DNA of 64,000 nucleotides from Candidatus Omnitrophota bacterium. GTDB lineage: Bacteria > Omnitrophota > Gorgyraeia > Zapsychrales > Zapsychraceae. The stretch is taken from NCBI GenBank assembly GCA_050250375.1, contig JBFWOS010000002.1, positions 453,149 to 517,148 on the forward strand, given 5' to 3'. Shown here piece after piece: positions 56,543 to 64,000 of the stretch. Position numbers and translations under genes: made by a program. Position 1 is the stretch's first letter, and the number at the start of each line of letters is the position of its first letter. The notes beneath the pieces were generated by a model. The model ran no database searches, was not told the origin of the DNA, and saw only the letters and a program-made list of their open reading frames with translations.

Positions 56543-57148
56543 TCAGCGGGGTTGTTGAAATGATTTCAGGAAAAGTAAAATGTGTTTGACGGAATTTTTG
56601 AACGAAGAAGTGTCTTTTTGGATTTTTGAAACCAGCATCCCTCCCTGCATGGTGACAAAACACAGTTCAGCGAGTGCCTGAGGGTCAGCGGTCGGTTTCA
56701 GCCGGCCTTGGGATTTAAGACGCGTAAAAAATTCAGCCACAGGCTGGATGGACAAATTGAAAATACGGTTGATTTCTTGGCGGATAACTTCATCATCGGC
56801 GGTTAATTCGTATCCGATGGTCGCCATAGGACAGCCCCGTTCACAGCAGATATGGTCCTGGTATTGAATAAAAAAAGTAAACCATTTTTCGAGATCTTTC
56901 CAAGAATTGATGTCATATTTGACAGGCAACTGCCGGTTGCAGAATTTTTCACAAAAATCCTTGATGACGGCGGCAATCAGATCTTCTTTATTTTTAAAAT
57001 AATGATAAAACTGGCTTTTTCCTGTGCCCGATTTGGCCAGGATTTCTTCGACACCTGTGGCGTTGACACCTTGTTTGTGAAACAACTCAAAAGCTGTCTG
57101 GATAATTTTGGATTGGGTTTTTTGACCCCTGGGTTGAAGATTTGACAT
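56543..57148 (-). CDS. TetR/AcrR family regulator (NemR/LmrA-like)
   Basis: AFELFHKQGVNATGVEEILAKSGTGKSQFYHYFKNKEDL; RGCP motif. Confidence 0.92.
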   Translation of the reverse strand: MSNLQPRGQKTQSKIIQTAFELFHKQGVNATGVEEILAKSGTGKSQFYHYFKNKEDLIAAVIKDFCEKFCNRQLPVKYDINSWKDLEKWFTFFIQYQDHICCERGCPMATIGYELTADDEVIRQEINRIFNLSIQPVAEFFTRLKSQGRLKPTADPQALAELCFVTMQGGMLVSKIQKDTSSFKNSVKHILLFLKSFQQPR

Positions 57149-57213
57149 AGTTCAATTGTACTATGTAGAACCTGATCGTCAAGAGTGTATCGCCTTTGAT
57201 CTGGGTTTCGTCA

Positions 57214-60200
57214 TTAAGGGGTATAGGCGCTTAAGGTTAAAATGCCCGTGTCGTCTTCCTTAATATACGGGGATTGGCTGCGGATGGAGATTTCCGGATT
57301 GTCCTCATCCTGCGCCGGATCGGCGATTCCCAGCAGGAGCGGGAGATTATTCACGGGGATGATCTGGAAGATCACCGGGGCAAAACCGTCCAGGGGCATG
57401 GATTCCAGTTCCCGCAAAATGAGCGGATCCAGCGGAACGGTCATGTTGATCCCCTTCCCTCTTTTTTCGATAATCAAATCGGCCGGGTTAAGATCGATCC
57501 CCCCGACCCTTTCGCTGGTGGCGGTTGGAGTCACATCTTCCGCTACGATTTGCGGCGGGATATCCGTTGCGGCGACGACCGCCGGCGTTTCGATGTCTGT
57601 GACCGGCGATACAGTAGTTCCGGCCGGCAATTCAGTCCCTCTCAAATCGTTCTGGTATTTCGTGTACAGGGTCGGCAAATCCGTTTCAAAATTAAAGCGG
57701 TAACTGCTGCGCATGCGGACATCGTCATCGGGATCTTCCTGAACGTTCCAGACGCTGGCGCCGATGGCTTTATAAAAATTCTGCTGGCGGGTGACCGCCG
57801 GTCTATTCCAGAAATTATAGGACCACCAGGCGGATGTCACATTCCCCTGGGTTTTTTCGGCGATGTTGGTAAATGTCCGGTGGAGCAGCCAGCTGGCGGC
57901 CTGTGTTCCCTGGAATTCCGGGGCAACCACAAAATCACTCATGTAAACGGCATTGCCGTTGCCGTTATATTGGACGATGGCATAACCGACCGGTTCATTG
58001 TTCGTATCCAGCAGGACAAAACTGTAATCATCCATATTGCTGCGGTTTTCGATGGGGTTTAAACGGAAGCGCATGATCTGCCCGTTTAAAACCCGGTATT
58101 TCTGGTTGCTCAACAGCATTTCTTTGGTCAGCGGCGCGATGCGGATTTGCTGATTATTAATCGTCTGGACATCGGCCAGGACCGCGTTGTCGCTTTGCCC
58201 TAAAGCCGTCTGGTCCAGTCCGGCGATTGCCTGGTTTAAGTCGTTGCTCAGGTCCTCCATGCTTTCATAATTTTCATTCGGATTGGCGAACAGGGCCTTT
58301 TCAACGATCGCCCAGATACTGGCCGGCATGTCATTCTGAGGTGTCCCGTCAAAAGTCGTTGTTCCTCTGAATTCCGCGGGATTAACCGGCGCGAGGGTCA
58401 TGGTCTCTTTATTCAGCATTGCATCGTTAATCGTGGCCCTGGCCCGGGAAAATGTATTGAGCAGGATTTCTCCGATGACGATCATATCCCGGTACTTGAT
58501 GCCGGCCTGCAGAGACCTGACGTCGGTCTTGTCGAGGTCCATTTTTAAGGTGTCCCAATCGATCAGGCGCGGACGGCCGGTTGTTTCATCAATGATAATA
58601 TTTTCCGTATGGAGATCCCCGTGAAACGCCCCGTACGTCGTGGAGATGTAAGCGATTTCCCGGGCGACCTCCGCCAGAATCCTTAATCGTTCCCCCCGGT
58701 CAGTGACGGCATCAAAATGGGTGCCGCGGATGAATTGCATTTCGATCATATTCGGTTGCAGCGAAATATTGTCTTCCAGATTGGCGTTGGGCATGGCGAC
58801 GAATTGTTTGACCCGTTCGTCATTACGGACGGCCAGAAAGAATTCAAGCAGGCTGATTTTATCCATTGAGATAATATTGTCTAACAAAAACTGGCTGAAA
58901 AATTTGATGGCCAGCGGTTCGCTTTCCGTCCCGTCCGCCCTGATCTCCACGCCACGGAATACCGGCTTGAGCAGGTCCGCGGCAATAATTTCCTCCAGCC
59001 GGTAATCTTTTCCTTTAACCCGGATGACCACCGGGCGCCGGTCAACGATGACCTGTTTTAATTCGTCCAGCAGCTGCTGGGAGCGGTCCCCGAAGAAATC
59101 ATCCACATTGATCTCGACCTGTTCACCGGTTGATGCCAGGACAGCATTGTCGGATGTGGCCAGACGCACGCCGGCCTCAAAAAACGGCAGGGCGTTCGCC
59201 GCGTCGTACTGCTGAACAACAATCTGCTGACTGAGCGCGGTATCGTTGGTGATCTCAACCGTTGTCCGGGTGCCGGTCACTCCGTCCTCTTCGGTTGCCT
59301 GACGCGCGGCCGGGCTGACGGCCCGCCCGTTCAGGTCCGATAAAACCGTCGGAGCTGAATCAATGTACACCCGCAAAAGGCTCTGGTATTGTCTGAGGAA
59401 TTCATTCCGTTGCCGGTTGTCCCGGCTGACGTCTGCCAGCCGCTGGCGGACCTGTTCGAGAAAACGCGCGATCGGCGCCTCAATCGGACGGGTTTCACCC
59501 GGGGTGTCTCCGGTTAAATCACTGATCAGTGTCTGCAGCGCGCCTGTCAGGAAACTGTAATTCCGGCGCTGGAATTCCCTGAATTCTTCTTCGACAAAAC
59601 GTTCGGACACGCCTAATGTGTCGGGATCAACGCGGGATGAATCCTGGTTGACGATGCCGGAACGCAGACCGCCGGTCACCGGGTCAACCCCGCTTTCCAC
59701 CATGAACGTGACGCCTTTGGGCTGAACAGGCCGGGTCAATTCACGGACGACCCGCAGATTGTTATTATCGAGCGACCCGAACTGCAGTTCCATCCCACCG
59801 GAAAAATATTTACGCGGGATCAGTTCCTGGGAGACGGGATCAAATTCTTCCTTGATGTAATTGTAGACGCCGACCTTGAACGCCTCGAGGTATTGATCGT
59901 AAATTTTCTGTTTGATTTCCTTGTCAGCCACATCAACCCCGCCGGTCTTGCTCTGGTCCAGGTAAATCCGTCCCAGCAGGCTCTCTTTCAGGTTGCGTTT
60001 GAACCAGGTCGCCAGGATCATGGAATGGTAGACCTGGCGCAGGGTGGCGAAATGTTTGCCTTCGTTGACTTCTTTTTCGATGGCCGGGATCAGGATCTCC
60101 CGGATGATCTCGGCCGTCACGGTCCTTTGTTCCCGCGTCTGTTCATCGGTAGCGGCTTCGGATTGTTTGAGATTTTTATTCTGGTCGAATTCGGTGTGGG

Positions 60201-60891
60201 CGATGTAATCCTGTTCCAGCATGACCTTCAGTTTGCTTTCGACCACAAAGGCCGTGTCGCCGTTTTCATAAACCACCGCGTTGTCCGGGACGATCCAGAC
60301 TTTGATGAACGTATCCAGCTGGAGTTCGGCGGAACCGTATTTCCGGACGATTTTCTGCCGGACATCGTTCCAGAAATGTTCCCCCAGCTTATCTTCCGGG
60401 TACATCATGGAGGCCGTCAATTGTTTGAGCACATAGTCCTGGGCCAGCAGGTCGCGCCCCATTTCCGTGACGCCGAATTTGTCCGGGATGATCCGCTGTT
60501 TTTCAAAAGGCGACAAATTGACCCACAGGTCTTTTTCCGGAATGGTTAATGAGGCCAGAAAATATTTGATGAGCCGGTTGGACTCTTCATACAAAAAGGA
60601 ATCCACGGTCTTTTCATCCCCTGTTTCCAGGATAAAATCAAAACGCAGCGGATTGTTGGGATAAATGCGCAGTCCCTTGATCAGGGTCGGATTGTAGAGA
60701 TTGCTGGTCTTGACCATCTGTCCCGGGGTGGTCAGGTGGAGCGCAGACAACCATGGTTGCGGTCCCGGCCGTTCTTGCGCGTAAGTATATTGAGCCGGCA
60801 CAGTCAGGCCAAAACCGATCATGAAAATGATCAGCGCTGTTACCAGGCGTGAGCCTCTGGATGATTGCCGTTTTTGTAGCCACTGAAACAT
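57214..60891 (-). CDS. Modular exported protein (1225 aa), family member 3
   Basis: Same N-domain and GGIDLNP C-domain; Ser/Thr kinase-like domain (AIK, HGDLHTEN, LID) and GNAT-like domain (VAPEFQG, NFYKAIG). Confidence 0.9.
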   Translation of the reverse strand: MFQWLQKRQSSRGSRLVTALIIFMIGFGLTVPAQYTYAQERPGPQPWLSALHLTTPGQMVKTSNLYNPTLIKGLRIYPNNPLRFDFILETGDEKTVDSFLYEESNRLIKYFLASLTIPEKDLWVNLSPFEKQRIIPDKFGVTEMGRDLLAQDYVLKQLTASMMYPEDKLGEHFWNDVRQKIVRKYGSAELQLDTFIKVWIVPDNAVVYENGDTAFVVESKLKVMLEQDYIAHTEFDQNKNLKQSEAATDEQTREQRTVTAEIIREILIPAIEKEVNEGKHFATLRQVYHSMILATWFKRNLKESLLGRIYLDQSKTGGVDVADKEIKQKIYDQYLEAFKVGVYNYIKEEFDPVSQELIPRKYFSGGMELQFGSLDNNNLRVVRELTRPVQPKGVTFMVESGVDPVTGGLRSGIVNQDSSRVDPDTLGVSERFVEEEFREFQRRNYSFLTGALQTLISDLTGDTPGETRPIEAPIARFLEQVRQRLADVSRDNRQRNEFLRQYQSLLRVYIDSAPTVLSDLNGRAVSPAARQATEEDGVTGTRTTVEITNDTALSQQIVVQQYDAANALPFFEAGVRLATSDNAVLASTGEQVEINVDDFFGDRSQQLLDELKQVIVDRRPVVIRVKGKDYRLEEIIAADLLKPVFRGVEIRADGTESEPLAIKFFSQFLLDNIISMDKISLLEFFLAVRNDERVKQFVAMPNANLEDNISLQPNMIEMQFIRGTHFDAVTDRGERLRILAEVAREIAYISTTYGAFHGDLHTENIIIDETTGRPRLIDWDTLKMDLDKTDVRSLQAGIKYRDMIVIGEILLNTFSRARATINDAMLNKETMTLAPVNPAEFRGTTTFDGTPQNDMPASIWAIVEKALFANPNENYESMEDLSNDLNQAIAGLDQTALGQSDNAVLADVQTINNQQIRIAPLTKEMLLSNQKYRVLNGQIMRFRLNPIENRSNMDDYSFVLLDTNNEPVGYAIVQYNGNGNAVYMSDFVVAPEFQGTQAASWLLHRTFTNIAEKTQGNVTSAWWSYNFWNRPAVTRQQNFYKAIGASVWNVQEDPDDDVRMRSSYRFNFETDLPTLYTKYQNDLRGTELPAGTTVSPVTDIETPAVVAATDIPPQIVAEDVTPTATSERVGGIDLNPADLIIEKRGKGINMTVPLDPLILRELESMPLDGFAPVIFQIIPVNNLPLLLGIADPAQDEDNPEISIRSQSPYIKEDDTGILTLSAYTP

Positions 60892-61048
60892 GATTAATAT
60901 CCCCGATCCGTATATACTACTAATATTATTCAGATAGCCTAAGTATAATACAAATTATGAATTGTCGCAAAGGTTGGTTTGCAATGATTTCGGGCCGGTT
61001 TTTGGGCCGGAAGAGGATTGGTGTGTTTATGGATGTGACGGATTGAGG

Positions 61049-62212
61049 CTATTTGGCGGCAGGGTCATTCTGATAAACGAGTTTTCCCTGTTTATCGTAG
61101 ACTTCACTGTAGGTCAGTTCCCCCAGATCGTAGATATTCTTGCTGCGTAATTTTCCGTTCGGATAATATTCCCTGACGATGCTGGATTTCTGGTCATCGT
61201 TGGACTCGATGATTTTTTTGAGCGTTCCGTCATCGTAAAATTCTTTGGTGACGCCGATCAGCTGGTTTTCCCTGAAGGTGGCGTCAACCAGGATTTGCCC
61301 GGCCTGGTTAAAGGCCTTGGTCGGTCCGTCCAGTTTATCGTATTTGTACTGGCCGGTGCCGCGCAAGGATCCGTCCTCATGATAAGTTGCGACCTCGCCC
61401 AGCCGGTTGCCTTTGACATAATGTTCTTTGCTTTTCAATTGGCCGGACGGATAGAATTCCTTGGATTGGCCTTCCAGCAGGCCGTCTTTAAAGTTCTGGA
61501 TCAGTTTCCATTCCCCGTTCTTGTAATATTCACGGACGACCCCGTCCAGTTTGCCGTCTTTGTAATTCTGCAGTTTCTGCATTTTTCCATCGCGGAAATA
61601 TTCGCGGTGGGCGCCATGCGGTTCTCCGTTTTGGAACCCCCTGACGCTGAGGACTGTCCCGTCCGAGAAATAACTTTTCGTGAGGCCGTCCAGTTTTCCG
61701 TTCTTGAATTCTTCCTCGCGCATGAGGGCCTTATTTTCATAATACGTTTTAAAGGTTCCGGTTTTTAAATCATTTATGTGCTGGCCGGTGATGCTGATCT
61801 CACCGTTAGGATGGTAGGACGTGTAAGGGCCGTCCAGTTTTCCCTCTTTGACGTTAACCAGTTCTTTGAGCGCGCTGGTGTCGTAATACTCGCGGATTTC
61901 TCCGTCCAGCTGGTCATTTTTGTGCTGGCCGTCCAGGTGCATGACCCCGTTGGGATAGAACTTTTTGAACGGTCCTTCTTTTTTTCCATCGCTGTAATTG
62001 AAGATGCGGTTGATGCTCCCGTCCGCATAGTATTCCGTGGACAAACCGTCCCTTTTGGCATCTTTGTAATTTTCTTCAAGCCGGACATTTCCATCGGGGA
62101 ATTTCTGGATGAACATGCCGTTTCGCGGGGGCCGGTTTTCGCATCCGGCCGCAATGCAGACCAGGCCGGATAGGATCAGACCGATAAGATATTTTGTCTT
62201 GGGTGCGTACAT
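61049..62212 (-). CDS. MORN-variant repeat lipoprotein (YwqK-like)
   Basis: Lipobox-like AAGC; many Y..G.L....Y.(D/N)GKLDG repeats. Confidence 0.85.
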   Translation of the reverse strand: MYAPKTKYLIGLILSGLVCIAAGCENRPPRNGMFIQKFPDGNVRLEENYKDAKRDGLSTEYYADGSINRIFNYSDGKKEGPFKKFYPNGVMHLDGQHKNDQLDGEIREYYDTSALKELVNVKEGKLDGPYTSYHPNGEISITGQHINDLKTGTFKTYYENKALMREEEFKNGKLDGLTKSYFSDGTVLSVRGFQNGEPHGAHREYFRDGKMQKLQNYKDGKLDGVVREYYKNGEWKLIQNFKDGLLEGQSKEFYPSGQLKSKEHYVKGNRLGEVATYHEDGSLRGTGQYKYDKLDGPTKAFNQAGQILVDATFRENQLIGVTKEFYDDGTLKKIIESNDDQKSSIVREYYPNGKLRSKNIYDLGELTYSEVYDKQGKLVYQNDPAAK

Positions 62213-62213
62213 G

Positions 62214-62678
62214 TTAACTGATAAATGACCAACTGATCTTGCCGTCGGACTTTCCAACGGTAATCAGCAATTTCGGTTTTGAGATTGAATCGATAAAAGT
62301 TTTATTGACCGGGTAAAATTCAACCGCCCAGGTTGACTCATCGAGTTTTTTCAAGTTCGGTTTCATAAGGTAATATTCTGTTTCATAACCGCGGAAGATC
62401 ACTTCGCTCTGCGCGATCACAACGGCTTCAGATTCGGAAATACCGTCGATTTTTTCGACCTTGAACTGATACGCGTGCATGATCTTGAACTTGTCGGCGG
62501 TCACATCGGGTTTATCTTTGGCCGACGGATTTTCATCCGGTGCTGACGGTGTATACGGGGAGTGTTGATCCAAGAATGCGGTTACTGGTGTATATCCGGA
62601 AAATTGCGATGTAACGCTGCAGCCAGAGAAAATCATTAATAAAAAAAATAAATTTATCCTGTTGGGGAGTCGATGCAT
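62214..62678 (-). CDS. Putative lipoprotein
   Basis: RBS AAGGAA; MHRL…LLMIFSGC lipobox. Confidence 0.65.
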   Translation of the reverse strand: MHRLPNRINLFFLLMIFSGCSVTSQFSGYTPVTAFLDQHSPYTPSAPDENPSAKDKPDVTADKFKIMHAYQFKVEKIDGISESEAVVIAQSEVIFRGYETEYYLMKPNLKKLDESTWAVEFYPVNKTFIDSISKPKLLITVGKSDGKISWSFIS

Positions 62679-62928
62679 GGTTTCCTTTTTTCGCGCAAGA
62701 AAATACAGCCGCACAATGTTTATCGTCACATTAGTATAAATTTGACAACTGTTTAAATATACCGGTCAAATATTGCTATAGTGTAAAATATTACCAACCG
62801 GCTGTCAATATGACATAAGTGTACAGACTCAGACAGTGAACAAGCCGTAAATTCGCTATTTTTATTCAGAATTTTGGATATAATGTACATAATACGCCGT
62901 GAGCCGTATGGATTAAACCTTTCAGAAT

Positions 62929-64000
62929 ATGTTATCACAACTAACCATTAAAAATTTTGGGCTGATTGATGAGGTCTCCCTTGATCTTCAAAAAGGACTG
63001 AATGTCCTGACCGGTGAGACCGGGGCCGGGAAATCGATTCTTATTGAAGCCCTGCGGGTTGCCCTTGGCGGGCGGATCACCGCGACCCATGTCCGTGATC
63101 CCCAGAAAGAATGTGTGATTGAAGCCGTTTTCGACCTGGCCGAGGCCGCGGGGATCAACCGGGATGTGGTCGGTGAATTCTTCAGTGACGGTGAACCCCA
63201 GCTGATCATCCAGCGGGTCTACCAGGCCGACGGCCGGGGCAAGATCAAGATCAACGGTCTGACCGTGACCGCCGGCCAGTTGAAAACAGTCGGCCAGCAG
63301 CTCATTGATTTCCACGGGGCGCATGACCACCAGATGCTCCTCTCCCCCGAATGCCATATCCGGATGCTGGACCGGTTGATTGATTTCGGTGAAAGCCTCG
63401 GGCAATACCGACAGCAATACCAGGAGTATGAACGTCTCAGCCGCCAGCAGCGGGAAATCCAGAATCTGGCCCAGTCCAGGGAACGGGAACTGGATATGCT
63501 CAACCACCAGGTCACCGAACTCGGACAGGTCCCGCTGGAAGAACAGGATTACGAACAGGTCAAGAGTGACGTGGCCAAGATTGACAATATGGAACGCCTG
63601 AATGAATGCCTGGGACAGTTGCTGGATATCTTTGATAATTCTGAATACGGGATCAGCCGCAAAACGCAGGAACTCTTTTCCCCCATGCGGGTCCTCAATA
63701 ATATCGACGAGTCGACCGCTGATCTGATGGCGGAACTTACCGGACTGCAGGCCCAGGGAGATGATTTGTTGGCCCGTCTGAATGATTACGCCTCCAGCCT
63801 CTCTTTTGATTCGAAAGAGGCGGATGAAGTCCACCGCCGGGATGACATCTACGATGACCTTCTGCGCAAATACGGTCCGGGAATCGGGGATGCCAAAATA
63901 TTTTATGAAAATGCCCGGGAACGGCTGGACCTTTTATCCAACCTGGAACACAATGATGTCAAACTTAAAGAAGCGATCGAACAGGTCAAAAAAGACCTGG
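62929..64000 (+). CDS. recN: DNA repair protein RecN (5' part; runs off the window)
   Basis: Own translation from ATG 62929: MLSQLTIKNFGLIDEVSLDLQKGLNVLTGETGAGKSILIEAL...LIDFHGAHDHQ.LL; absent from the ORF track because there is no stop in the window. Confidence 0.93.
   Translation, partial: MLSQLTIKNFGLIDEVSLDLQKGLNVLTGETGAGKSILIEALRVALGGRITATHVRDPQKECVIEAVFDLAEAAGINRDVVGEFFSDGEPQLIIQRVYQADGRGKIKINGLTVTAGQLKTVGQQLIDFHGAHDHQMLLSPECHIRMLDRLIDFGESLGQYRQQYQEYERLSRQQREIQNLAQSRERELDMLNHQVTELGQVPLEEQDYEQVKSDVAKIDNMERLNECLGQLLDIFDNSEYGISRKTQELFSPMRVLNNIDESTADLMAELTGLQAQGDDLLARLNDYASSLSFDSKEADEVHRRDDIYDDLLRKYGPGIGDAKIFYENARERLDLLSNLEHNDVKLKEAIEQVKKDL

Noticed and set aside
6355-62173. Numerous plus-strand ORFs of 60-313 aa opposite long minus-strand genes
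   Set aside because: Antisense shadows expected from GC-rich codon bias; no recognisable motifs.
62941-63834. 297-aa minus-strand ORF
   Set aside because: Antisense shadow of recN on the plus strand.

Overview
Bacterial chromosomal window, almost entirely minus-strand. The giant-gene family and gene content suggest a PVC-superphylum organism such as Omnitrophota, but this is inference. Housekeeping content: valS, cimA, lysC, apgM, coaB-like, thrC, hom, gpsA, a partial recN missed by the ORF track, and five tRNAs (Gly-CCC, Pro-GGG, Gly-TCC, Tyr-GTA, Thr-TGT). The main signal is a family of three paralogous large exported proteins (4821, 2429 and 1225 aa). They share a signal-like N-terminus plus a conserved ~310-aa domain ending in YFSGG, and a conserved C-terminal GG(I/V)D(L/F)N...PVI..I.PV..L..(I/L)LG domain. 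Between these, unrelated cytoplasmic-type cargo domains (Glu/Leu dehydrogenase x2, DUF89 phosphatase, ThiS-like, AceK, 2-hydroxyacid dehydrogenase x2, Ser/Thr kinase, GNAT) are punctuated by a recurring D-x-A-M linker, as in a modular polyprotein or effector system. The two longest genes share a two-box 5' leader, and one has a displaced copy of its 3' end followed by an AT-rich Sel1/TPR/MORN array. Other signals: a 26-bp palindrome found both in-frame in a DUF1016-thermonuclease gene and in repeats flanking an ORF6N pseudogene 48 kb away, and inverted heptamer arrays in several intergenic gaps.
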